Position numbers and translations under genes: made by a program | Notes under the pieces: generated by a model | The model's input: the letters and a program-made list of their open reading frames with translations, nothing else | The model's database searches: none | What the model was told of the DNA's origin: nothing | NCBI GenBank assembly: GCA_963997415.1 | Contig: CAXEMN010000003.1 | Span: 804 to 64,803, forward strand | Direction: 5' to 3' | Source: an uncultured Candidatus Poseidoniales archaeon | GTDB lineage: Archaea > Thermoplasmatota > Poseidoniia > Poseidoniales > Poseidoniaceae | Length of the DNA stretch: 64,000 nt | In this document: positions 9,255 through 18,207 of the stretch, piece by piece | How positions within the stretch are numbered: the stretch's first letter is position 1 | Layout of the letters: each line of letters begins with the position of its first letter

Positions 9255-10292
9255 TCAGAGGTTATTGTAAGCAGAAATTGCATCGTCTGTCTTTGCCACA
9301 GACACCAGCCAATCCGCTTCAGCATCCATCAAAGCCCGAATGGCATCAACATTTTCAGGGATGACGTCAGACTCTTGGTGAATGGCTTGGAAATAGTAAA
9401 GGGTATTTCCTTCTAACTTCACACCATCTTCCCATACAAAAATCTCGTGCAAATCACCCCACTTTCGCCCAATGTCTCGTGCGAATTCCATAACTTCTGC
9501 AGTCGTAGTGATGCCAGTTTCAGAACCGTTCATAATGACGATTCTTGGGCGTTGGGACCACATTGAGAGAACCGATTCCGTTGTGAGTCCATGACCCTCT
9601 GGTAGTGTTGCAACGATCACGTGGACGTGCATGATGGTTGTTGGAACGGCTACAGCCATCGAATTGATTTGGATTTCAGGTTTTACCGTCATGACGTCAG
9701 GCCCGTGATGAGATGGTACTTTGAGCACTGGTTTGATGGCGTTGATGGGTCCTTTGTTGGAATCGCCGGGATCAGCAGCACGGCGAATCATTGTGCATTC
9801 AACCGAAAGGGAGCCACAGTGTTCGTACAATGGCACAAGGGTGCGCGATAGACCCGTTGTGTTGCATGACACGACACGAGTACCTTCGACACCGAGATTC
9901 GCAGCGTGATTTGCTGAAGAGGTGTAGGACATTTCGGTCATCGCATGCTTTTCGCCACCTTGGAAAATCCATTTTACACCAGCAGCCTGGTATTTTTCCT
10001 TGTTCGAAGCACCGACTTTGCCGGGTGAACAATCGACCACAATATCTGCAATTTCAAGCAAGTCGCTCAATCCACCGTGACAGGTATAACCAGCCGCAGC
10101 AAATGCAGCAATTCGGTCCGCATCGTCATAGGTGCAGAAAATAGGGTAGCCCTTTCGAACAGCTAAATCACAACCGAATGCTGGACGGGTCTTCGTCACA
10201 CCGACAATTTCCATATCGTTTTGAGCATCGACAGCATCAGCCACTCGCTTCCCAATAGTTCCATATCCGTTGATTGCCACTTTGATGGTCAT
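9255..10292 (-). CDS. gap: Glyceraldehyde-3-phosphate dehydrogenase, archaeal type II
   Basis: VAINGYGTIGKRVADAV, FQGGEK, catalytic VVSCNTTGL, SHHGPDV, AIHQESDVIPENVDAIRA. Confidence 0.97.
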   Translation of the reverse strand: MTIKVAINGYGTIGKRVADAVDAQNDMEIVGVTKTRPAFGCDLAVRKGYPIFCTYDDADRIAAFAAAGYTCHGGLSDLLEIADIVVDCSPGKVGASNKEKYQAAGVKWIFQGGEKHAMTEMSYTSSANHAANLGVEGTRVVSCNTTGLSRTLVPLYEHCGSLSVECTMIRRAADPGDSNKGPINAIKPVLKVPSHHGPDVMTVKPEIQINSMAVAVPTTIMHVHVIVATLPEGHGLTTESVLSMWSQRPRIVIMNGSETGITTTAEVMEFARDIGRKWGDLHEIFVWEDGVKLEGNTLYYFQAIHQESDVIPENVDAIRALMDAEADWLVSVAKTDDAISAYNNL

Positions 10293-10452
10293 GATTCTCA
10301 GCATTGGTGCCCTTGAAGACCCTCTATTAACACATCGTTGATTTTGATGGTTTTAGAAATTTGATTTCGCTCGTTTATTGTCATTAAAGAAATGGAATTT
10401 CCAGTGCATCTAAACGGGAGCCTATTTGGATAGGAAGCGACAGCGTTTCATC
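10293..10452. promoter_or_regulatory. AT-rich divergent promoter region (gap and the gltB-like operon)
   Basis: Non-coding gap between divergent genes; TTAATA on the minus strand at 10325-10330 upstream of gap. Confidence 0.5.
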
Positions 10453-12033
10453 ATGGCCGATGCCCAAGATGTCGTTGAACGCTCTTTCAACATCAATTCT
10501 AAACTCGGTCCGCGACTGATCGCCGCCGCCGAACAGAACGCTATTTTGCGAATTGGGTGGACAAATGCTGGCGAACCTGTGCCAAAGAATGGGGAACTTG
10601 GGCTCTGCCCAAACCTCCCCGAAGGGGCACGAATGCGAGCATTGGGTGTCCTTGGTTCTTGGACTGCGCCGTTTGGCAGCGGTGGAACATTCACAATTCA
10701 GGGAGATTCAGGCGCATTTTTAGGTGCGGGAAACAGAGGGAATACGATCGTATGTGAACGCCTAGCAGGCGACTACGCTGGTTATGCCATGCGGGATGGG
10801 AAAATCAGCATCCTCGATGGTGCTGGCAGTGACGCTGGCGCTTACATGGAAGGGGGACTGTTGATCGTTCGGGGGGCAACCGGAGCGCGTGTCGGTGGTG
10901 GTATGCGTGATGGACTGATCGTCATTCATGGTGACGTTGGAAGCGACCCGGGAGCCGGTATGCAAGGTGGCCGAATTGTCATCAACGGACGATGCCCAAC
11001 ACCTCCAAACGGAGTTTCACTTCGTCCGCTTACGGCTGCAGAGGTCAAATCCATCAACAAGCAACTGAACGATGAAGAACTCGAAATCCCTTCAGATGCC
11101 GTTTGCCTTACGCCTACTGAAATCATTGAAGTTGAACGGGAAGGTGGCCAAGTTTCTGCTTCTGACCTCTCAATGATTGGCCTCGTTCCAAACGATCGCC
11201 AACACCAGCAATCCTACGCGACATATGACACGGTCACTCTTGTTGGCGAGCGAGGTGATATGGGCACACCAGTTGCTTTGCCATTACCGCTCATGGCCAT
11301 TCTTCCGGATGGAAAGGAATTGTCCCTTCCAAAGGACGCTTCACCCCACGCAGCATCGATTCTCGCCCAACAACCATTCCTCACCCGTTCGAATCCTCGA
11401 AGCATTGACTTCGCCCTTGTCGATGAACATAATCTTGCGGATGCGCCCGAACTTTTGGAGGCGTCTGCTGGTGCCGTGTTTGACTTTGACCATTTGCCTG
11501 CAATGAATTCCGAACAACTGGATGGATTCTTTGTCGCTGTTCGGACCCTCATGGGTAAAGAAAAGCCATTTGGCATCATTAATGGCTTAGGTCGCACCAC
11601 CAACCTCCATGTGCGAGCCGCTCATCACAAAGCGGACCTTGCTATTTCGAGAATCGAAGACGGAAGTGGAGTCCCAGAAGCTGCAGCATTACCGATCATA
11701 GGTCGTTCAGCAAAATCCAACCTCGAAGGAACTCATACCGACGTAGGCGTTTTACTCGGACTTTCTGCAACCGCTCATGACCTTGCCGTCCTCAAGGCAT
11801 CTGGAATCAAAATCATTGCCTGTGAAGTACCGATGGCTGATGCCAGTGATCTTGTGCACTGGTTGCAGACTCTTCACCAAGATATGGCTGGTGTCCTCTC
11901 AAGACTCGGGCTTGATTCAATCGATCGACTGCAACGAGCGAATTTGCGTGCACTCGACCACGAAACTGCTGCAATTGGTGGATTACGCTTGGTAGGATAC
12001 GAACGACCGCTGCCACATTGGTTTGCTCGCTGA
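10453..12033 (+). CDS. Glutamate synthase-related protein: GXGXG (GltB domain 3 / FwdC-like) beta-helix fused to a degenerate FMN-domain-like C-terminus
   Basis: Repeats GDSGAFLGAGNRG, AGDYAGYAMRDG, AGSDAGAYMEGG, GARVGGGMRDG, GSDPGAGMQGG; C-terminal LGLDSIDRLQRANLRALDHETAAIGGLRLVG resembles the end of stand-alone GltB FMN subunits. Confidence 0.75.
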   Translation: MADAQDVVERSFNINSKLGPRLIAAAEQNAILRIGWTNAGEPVPKNGELGLCPNLPEGARMRALGVLGSWTAPFGSGGTFTIQGDSGAFLGAGNRGNTIVCERLAGDYAGYAMRDGKISILDGAGSDAGAYMEGGLLIVRGATGARVGGGMRDGLIVIHGDVGSDPGAGMQGGRIVINGRCPTPPNGVSLRPLTAAEVKSINKQLNDEELEIPSDAVCLTPTEIIEVEREGGQVSASDLSMIGLVPNDRQHQQSYATYDTVTLVGERGDMGTPVALPLPLMAILPDGKELSLPKDASPHAASILAQQPFLTRSNPRSIDFALVDEHNLADAPELLEASAGAVFDFDHLPAMNSEQLDGFFVAVRTLMGKEKPFGIINGLGRTTNLHVRAAHHKADLAISRIEDGSGVPEAAALPIIGRSAKSNLEGTHTDVGVLLGLSATAHDLAVLKASGIKIIACEVPMADASDLVHWLQTLHQDMAGVLSRLGLDSIDRLQRANLRALDHETAAIGGLRLVGYERPLPHWFAR

Positions 12034-12042
12034 GGTGATACG

Positions 12043-13788
12043 ATGCCAACGATTTCTATTGACCAAAGTCTCATCGCCCAACTCTTGAACCGACACGGGC
12101 TGGACAATGACGTCACGAGAATGGCTGATGAACTTCCTTTATTGGGTACAGATGTTGATGCTTGCAATGATCAAACCCTCGACATTGAAATCTTTCCAGA
12201 TCGACCCGACCTGCTCTCTGGCGAGACATTGACAAGAGCGATGAGGCCTTTCTTGTACAAGCAGAAGGCCAAACCAAATCTTGATGTCGCCAAGGGAAAG
12301 ATTACGATGACTGTTGATGCATCGCTTGAGCATGTTCGACCGGTCATCCTAGGCGCTGTTGTACGAGGTGTTCAATCGGGTACAGGTGCTGAAAATGAAG
12401 CGTTCATCAAGGCACTTATGGACCACCAAGAGAAATTGCACTTTGCACTCGGACGAGGAAGAAAGCGTGCCTCAATAGGTGTCCACGATCTTGCCACTCT
12501 TTCTCCACCATTCCGGGTCAAAACCGTGCCAGGAAGCACAAGCTTTACGCCTTTAGCAATGGATGAAAAAATGAGCATCGATGAAATCCTCACCAAGCAC
12601 CCAAAAGGCATAGATTACGCACACCTGCTTGAAGGGATGGACACATATCCAGTCATTGTAGACAAAAATGAAGCCGTGCTTTCATTCCCTCCAATTATCA
12701 ACGGGAATCACACCACGGTCACCTCAGCAACGAAGGATTTCTTCATCGATGTCACCGGCTGGGACCGTCGGGCATGTGAAGCCAGTTTGATGCTCATCGC
12801 GAGTCAACTTGAAGAGCGAGGCGGAACGATCGAATCCGTTGAGGTGACCTGTTTTGATGGGAAAGTCGAACATCTGCCAAACCCAGAACCACTCCGCCAC
12901 GACGTCACGGAGCGTTTGCTCAATGGATTGCTCGGCAGAGCGCTCACCGATGAGGAAATCCAAACCGCAATCAACCGAATGGGTGGTGTTTTTCTCGGCC
13001 GTAAAGCAGCAGAAAATGCGCCTTCTCGGGAACCAATGAATATGGCAGATGTCGTTGATGGCGATGTTGTCCTCACCTTCATGATGCCCCGGTGGAGGTT
13101 CGACATCTTGCACCCCATTGATTTGGTCGAAGATGTGGCCATCGGGCATGGCTATGAAGACCTTGGCACGGATGTTCCTCGTGCGCCATTGACTGCGTTG
13201 CCAAGAACGGATGGTCATATTCGCCGAAGAATTCGTGATTCACTTCAGGGCCTTGGACTTATGCAGATTCAGTCACTCACCCTTTCCAATGACACCGACC
13301 AATTTGAGGCAATGCGGTGGCCTGCTATGGGTGAAGTCACGAGAATCACGAACCCCATCACCATCGATCATACGCTGCTTCGTCAGTACCTTTTACCCGG
13401 ACTTTTCCGATTGCTTGCCTCAAATAGGCACCACGAACTGCCTCAGGCCGTTTACGAATTAGGAACGGTAGTACGCGACCATGTCAACAGCGACCGGTTT
13501 GCCTTCCTCGTGGCAGAGCAAAATGGTGGATTCGCTGCCGTCCGTGGCCGTATTCAAGCCATCATGAGGGACCTTGGTGCGACGGACTACACCATTGAGC
13601 CACTCGGTGGAAAAATGGGACCGTGGTTGACTGGACGGTCCGCAAAAGTCATTGTTGATGGCATCCACGTCGGATGTTTTGGAGAAATGGACCCCCATGT
13701 TGGACACCATTACGAACTCAAAGTGCCGTTAAGTGGCGCAGAATTTGATATTCAGGAATTGGAACGAGCACTCCCAGATCCAGTTTGA
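12043..13788 (+). CDS. pheT: Phenylalanine--tRNA ligase beta subunit (archaeal type)
   Basis: EIFPDRPDLLS, QEKLH..LGRGRKRASIGVHDL, LSFPPIING, RFDILHPIDLVEDVAIGHGY; SD GAGGTGA. Confidence 0.96.
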   Translation: MPTISIDQSLIAQLLNRHGLDNDVTRMADELPLLGTDVDACNDQTLDIEIFPDRPDLLSGETLTRAMRPFLYKQKAKPNLDVAKGKITMTVDASLEHVRPVILGAVVRGVQSGTGAENEAFIKALMDHQEKLHFALGRGRKRASIGVHDLATLSPPFRVKTVPGSTSFTPLAMDEKMSIDEILTKHPKGIDYAHLLEGMDTYPVIVDKNEAVLSFPPIINGNHTTVTSATKDFFIDVTGWDRRACEASLMLIASQLEERGGTIESVEVTCFDGKVEHLPNPEPLRHDVTERLLNGLLGRALTDEEIQTAINRMGGVFLGRKAAENAPSREPMNMADVVDGDVVLTFMMPRWRFDILHPIDLVEDVAIGHGYEDLGTDVPRAPLTALPRTDGHIRRRIRDSLQGLGLMQIQSLTLSNDTDQFEAMRWPAMGEVTRITNPITIDHTLLRQYLLPGLFRLLASNRHHELPQAVYELGTVVRDHVNSDRFAFLVAEQNGGFAAVRGRIQAIMRDLGATDYTIEPLGGKMGPWLTGRSAKVIVDGIHVGCFGEMDPHVGHHYELKVPLSGAEFDIQELERALPDPV

Positions 13789-13797
13789 GGTGGTGAG

Positions 13798-14469
13798 ATG
13801 TGTGGAAGGTTTGCCCTCGGCACACCGATAGAGGAAGTGGCCAATACAATCCAATCCGAACCACTTTCGCCATTGACTCCATTTACCCCCTCATGGAATA
13901 TTGCCCCAACTCATTGGGTGCCTGTGGTCACTGAAAATGGAATTGATCGCCGCTCAACAGCTCCACGACACATGCGATTGATGCGTTGGGGTCTACGCCC
14001 AAACTGGTCGAAACCATCGACGCATGAGCCAAACAATGCCCGTGCTGAAACCGTCGATCAAAAACCCATGTTCAAGCAAGCTTGGGCCAATCGAAGATGT
14101 ATCGTACCAGCCGATGGCTGGTATGAATGGATGACAACTGTGCAGGGCAAGGTGCCATGGTACCATTACAGAATCAATGGTGGCCCGTGCTGGCTTGGCG
14201 GCATATGGGAGTCTTGGTCGTCCGCAGATGGTGATCATGTCGAATCTTTTGCATTGTTGACGGTTGAATCGAACGATGATGTGCGCGAGGTACACCACCG
14301 CATGCCATTGGTACTCGAAGAACACCAGATTTCCGATTTTCTAGGAGGAAAGGACATCCGCTCCCAACCCCAAAATGCTTTGATTGACAGGCATGTTGTG
14401 GATCGTGAAGTCAATGCGTCTACAAGTGAGGGAAGCCACCTCATCAATCCAGTCCCGACACTGTGGTGA
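13798..14469 (+). CDS. SOS response-associated peptidase family protein (SRAP; YedK/HMCES-like abasic-site shielding protein)
   Basis: N-terminal MCGRF (catalytic Cys2), WNIAPT, MRWGL, NARAET, RRCIVPADGWYEW, HHRMPLVL; SD GAGGTGG. Confidence 0.93.
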   Translation: MCGRFALGTPIEEVANTIQSEPLSPLTPFTPSWNIAPTHWVPVVTENGIDRRSTAPRHMRLMRWGLRPNWSKPSTHEPNNARAETVDQKPMFKQAWANRRCIVPADGWYEWMTTVQGKVPWYHYRINGGPCWLGGIWESWSSADGDHVESFALLTVESNDDVREVHHRMPLVLEEHQISDFLGGKDIRSQPQNALIDRHVVDREVNASTSEGSHLINPVPTLW

Positions 14470-14844
14470 TTAGGAATAAGGGGTATATTTCCCATCTTGA
14501 CTTCGAACATAGGGCACTGGATCAAACGCACCATCTGGTAATTTTTTGTAATGGTAGCCATCCGTGTGGTGATGCCAATCAACGACTTCTTTGATGGCCG
14601 GTGTGGCTGGTTGACTTGACGCAACAACTCCATCATAGTGCTTTGATTGGTCCGTGGCTCGTTCCACGGTCTCATTTCCACTTCCAAAAAAGGAAAGCGC
14701 TGCCTTGTAATCTTCTTTCTGTTGATCTGTGGAACCTGAACTAATGCCTTGATCTCCTGTTTTTCGATAGATGACAGGTGCAGGAGGTTCTTCTGCCAAT
14801 TGTAATGGCTGCTTCTTTTTTCCAAATGGCCAAATGGGGGGCAT
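14470..14844 (-). CDS. Hypothetical protein, about 124 aa, with aromatic-rich C-terminus
   Basis: Fills the gap exactly. Start MPPIWPFGKKK avoids overlap with the divergent gene and has a promoter-like TTCATC at -29. Confidence 0.7.
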   Translation of the reverse strand: MPPIWPFGKKKQPLQLAEEPPAPVIYRKTGDQGISSGSTDQQKEDYKAALSFFGSGNETVERATDQSKHYDGVVASSQPATPAIKEVVDWHHHTDGYHYKKLPDGAFDPVPYVRSQDGKYTPYS

Positions 14845-14938
14845 AGCCTTGCGAAATCGACCACCTTGATGAACAATCCGAACCACCATTGACGCATGAG
14901 AGGAGGCATCTTGAAGGAGGTCAAGGCTTGCACGAATC

Positions 14939-17419
14939 ATGCGCTGGCATATCATCCTCGTGATGCTGTTGCTTCACAGCGCGTCTCCACTCATTGGCAA
15001 TGCCGAGGGTGAACAACAACCAACGGCACGAACAACGGAGGCAACGCTCATCGGTCTGGAAGAGACTGTCGTTCATAGAAATGAACTGTGTGAAGTCCAT
15101 TTTACCCTACACAACATGGGATCAGAAGAGCAAACCTTCACCATTGATGCGACAAACATACCATCAGAACTTTTGATCTCTGGACTCCCTCTAACCCACA
15201 CACTCGAAGCAGGCTACCTGAAGAGTTTGAAGTTCAATCTCAGTGCGATTTCATCAGCAAGTTATGGAACCCAAACCATTCAACTCCAACTTTCCTCAGC
15301 CGATGACCAAGATTGGGAGTCGAACCATGACCTCACTGTCATCGTCGCTCCATATTCGAGACTGGATTTTGGCAACCAAGGCATCTCATCCTTCATCAGT
15401 GACGCAGGCACACGAACTTCAGTTGCTGTCAACATTACCAACAATGCATCCTATGATGATGATGTGACGTTCAATTTGTACACCACCAGTGGATGGAATT
15501 GGGGATGGACAATGAATGACACAGACGGTGTGAATGCATACGAAACCCTCGCACCAGGCCAACTTGCTTACGTCTATTTGTGGGTTGATATACCGGAAAT
15601 TATCGATGGAAGTCCGCTCGCCCAAACAGGCCCTAGGTTCCAACTCAAGGCCGTTTCAAGCATCGACAAAGCAGTATCACAATGGTCGTTTGATTTGCTC
15701 TTAGACTCATATCGTAATGCCTCGATAGATGCAAAGGGCGATGATTTGGTATTGGACCCTGGAGCAAATGGTCGAATTGTGGTTGATGTACGCAATGTCG
15801 GAAACACATACAATCGGCTCAACATTACCCTACAAGCCATCGATGAACAAGGACAGCCGATCCCTGGACTCGCTCTGGAGGACCGCATTGCGAGGAATGG
15901 CTGGACTATGGCTTTGTTCAAGGGACTCGAAAGTGTTGAACTCGCGCCAAATGAATCACGCTCAATTGAAATCGGATTTCAGGCACCAGGGGATTATTTT
16001 GGTTCAATCGATGTGAGGGTCCGAGTGTTTGCACAAGGAGCACAAGAGCGAGTGAGGACCATTGATGTTGGAGCGTCAATCGATTGGCAACGAAACGCAA
16101 CCGTAGCGATTCAAACCGATGAGTGCCAGTACCTTTTACCAAACGCCACATGTTCAGCCTCGGTGCTGATTGAAAACACTGGGAATGCAAGGGACACCTT
16201 TTCGATTCATCTCATTTCTGCCCCCGATTCAGTCGCTGCTACTTTGCTGGTGAGTTCTGTAAGTCTCGACCCGTTTGAGTCCACCCTTGTTGAGATGGTT
16301 CAGGTTGTGGCCAATGCAGATGCATTGGCGTTTGAAACAGGAGATGTGGCCCTTGAGGTCCGCTTAGATGGAACTGAGATCCCTGTTGGACAAGTGGCCG
16401 TACCAACAAAAATTGCACCTGTCATTCTGTGGGTGTTTGAAGACATTGAGGAAACAATCGACAAAAATGGCCGGTTATCAATTTCAATGACTGCACGAAA
16501 TGAAGGAAACGCAGTCGATGGTTTGCTCGTTCAATTACAATCTTCACATTCCACGCCAATGTCGTTCATACCCCCGTTTATCGCCGTGTACGAGGAGAAT
16601 ATTGAGTACCCGAGATCGTATGAAATTTCGGACATACCAATTGGATTCAACTTCACAATAGAAGCATGGGTCGACTTACCACAAGATCAGCAAAGCAATG
16701 GCACAGTGTATGTGAACACCACGGTCCGTTCGCAATTTGCCCCTGATGAACCGTTCATTCAAACCAGCGTAGGAAGTTATCTTGGTGTACCATGGCAGGA
16801 AGTTGAGGAATCAACGAGCTGGTTTGAGCCTTCAGAGATCATCAATACAATCATAGAAATCGCGCTCGCATGGTTCTGGGTGATTCTTTCACTGGTCGTA
16901 TCTGTGGCGATTATTCAACGTGCAGTGATCGCTCGAAAGGAACGCACCAAGGAGCGGTTGCTCTACCAGCAGATGCACGCGCCAGCACCCAAAGAAGAGG
17001 CGCAAGACTGGATGGAGAAATTCCAAGAAAAACAAGTCGTTGAGGTCAAAGAAGTCGTCATGGCAGTGTCACCTGAGCACTTCCAAGAGGCGTTCACAAA
17101 CCGTGCAGGTAGCCCCACTCCAGCACCTGCACCAGTCGAAGCTGCGGTCCACAGTGCTGCTGCGAAAGCACTCGATGCGCAGGATAATCTTCGAACCATC
17201 GCCAAGGCTGATGATTTACTGCTCGACATCAACACAGGGAACATTGCCCAATCTGTGAGCGATGAGAGCATTCTCCCCGATGTTGAAGTGCAACCCAACA
17301 TGACTGTTCGAAACGACCCAAAGGAGATTCTTGGGCCAACTGAATCACAGGCGGAGAAAAGCAGTGTCCCGCTCCCAAGAACACCTTCAATGATTGACTT
17401 GGATGATTTGGATGTGTGA
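14939..17419 (+). CDS. Single-pass membrane protein with Ig-like (COG1470/NEW3-type) extracellular repeats
   Basis: Signal peptide; repeated N-x-G-[N/S] units (HNMGS, RNVGN, ENTGN, RNEGN); TM LAWFWVILSLVVSVAII; acidic tail. Confidence 0.75.
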   Translation: MRWHIILVMLLLHSASPLIGNAEGEQQPTARTTEATLIGLEETVVHRNELCEVHFTLHNMGSEEQTFTIDATNIPSELLISGLPLTHTLEAGYLKSLKFNLSAISSASYGTQTIQLQLSSADDQDWESNHDLTVIVAPYSRLDFGNQGISSFISDAGTRTSVAVNITNNASYDDDVTFNLYTTSGWNWGWTMNDTDGVNAYETLAPGQLAYVYLWVDIPEIIDGSPLAQTGPRFQLKAVSSIDKAVSQWSFDLLLDSYRNASIDAKGDDLVLDPGANGRIVVDVRNVGNTYNRLNITLQAIDEQGQPIPGLALEDRIARNGWTMALFKGLESVELAPNESRSIEIGFQAPGDYFGSIDVRVRVFAQGAQERVRTIDVGASIDWQRNATVAIQTDECQYLLPNATCSASVLIENTGNARDTFSIHLISAPDSVAATLLVSSVSLDPFESTLVEMVQVVANADALAFETGDVALEVRLDGTEIPVGQVAVPTKIAPVILWVFEDIEETIDKNGRLSISMTARNEGNAVDGLLVQLQSSHSTPMSFIPPFIAVYEENIEYPRSYEISDIPIGFNFTIEAWVDLPQDQQSNGTVYVNTTVRSQFAPDEPFIQTSVGSYLGVPWQEVEESTSWFEPSEIINTIIEIALAWFWVILSLVVSVAIIQRAVIARKERTKERLLYQQMHAPAPKEEAQDWMEKFQEKQVVEVKEVVMAVSPEHFQEAFTNRAGSPTPAPAPVEAAVHSAAAKALDAQDNLRTIAKADDLLLDINTGNIAQSVSDESILPDVEVQPNMTVRNDPKEILGPTESQAEKSSVPLPRTPSMIDLDDLDV

Positions 17420-18150
17420 CCATGTGGTCTGCTGGTGTGGATGAAGCAGGGCGAGGGCCTGTTCTTGGCCCCTTGGTTGTTGGTGCGGTGGCTATTCCCA
17501 CGAAAGATCTCCACATGCTCATCGAACATGGGATTCGTGATTCAAAAGACCTCACGCACACCAAGCGTCTGGAAATGGTGAATTGGTTTCACCTCAACGC
17601 TGATCAGCGTGGATGGAAACACCAGCTGATTGAGTGCATGCCACCACGGATTGACGCTGCTGTCATGAACAATGGACTCAACCTCTTGGAGGTGGAATTG
17701 TTCGCCGAAGCTTTGAATCCAATTCGCCACCATGTGGGGGATGGCGTCTCTATTCTCAATGACGCATGCGACGTTAATGCTCAGCGATTTACAGACCGAA
17801 TCGCAGCACGTTTGACAGACTGGCCCTGGAACAATTCGACGATGTCCTCAGAACATAAAGCAGATACAAATCATGCCATCGTAGGGATGGCAAGTATCCT
17901 TGCTAAAGTGAGGAGGGATGAAATCATCGACGCTTTGGAGAACGAAATCGGATTTCCTATTGGTTCAGGCTACCCTTCAGATCCACACACAAAGGCAGCA
18001 CTACCAGCACTGCTCAAAGGAAAAACACCGCATGATGCTTTGCGCTGGTCATGGAAAACTGTCAAGCGTGAATGGAATGCACTCCATGGCGAAGATCCAC
18101 CTGTTCGCAGATTCACAGACAAGAAACAACGTACATTGTTTGGGCCCTGA
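17416..18150 (+). CDS. rnhB: Ribonuclease HII
   Basis: GVDEAGRGPVLGPLVV, RDSK, HKAD, ASILAKVRRD, GSGYPSDP, RWSW. Confidence 0.96.
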   Translation: MTMWSAGVDEAGRGPVLGPLVVGAVAIPTKDLHMLIEHGIRDSKDLTHTKRLEMVNWFHLNADQRGWKHQLIECMPPRIDAAVMNNGLNLLEVELFAEALNPIRHHVGDGVSILNDACDVNAQRFTDRIAARLTDWPWNNSTMSSEHKADTNHAIVGMASILAKVRRDEIIDALENEIGFPIGSGYPSDPHTKAALPALLKGKTPHDALRWSWKTVKREWNALHGEDPPVRRFTDKKQRTLFGP

Positions 18151-18207
18151 GCCATCTCAACCGCCACTCAATTGATGAAGGAAAGGCGACAGCGTGAGTT
18201 GAACCCC

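Noticed and set aside
14235-14955. Alternative ORFs 14235-14933 (-) and the long N-terminal extension of 14470-14955
   Set aside because: They overlap SRAP or the divergent gene; the 14844 start fits gene packing and promoter spacing.
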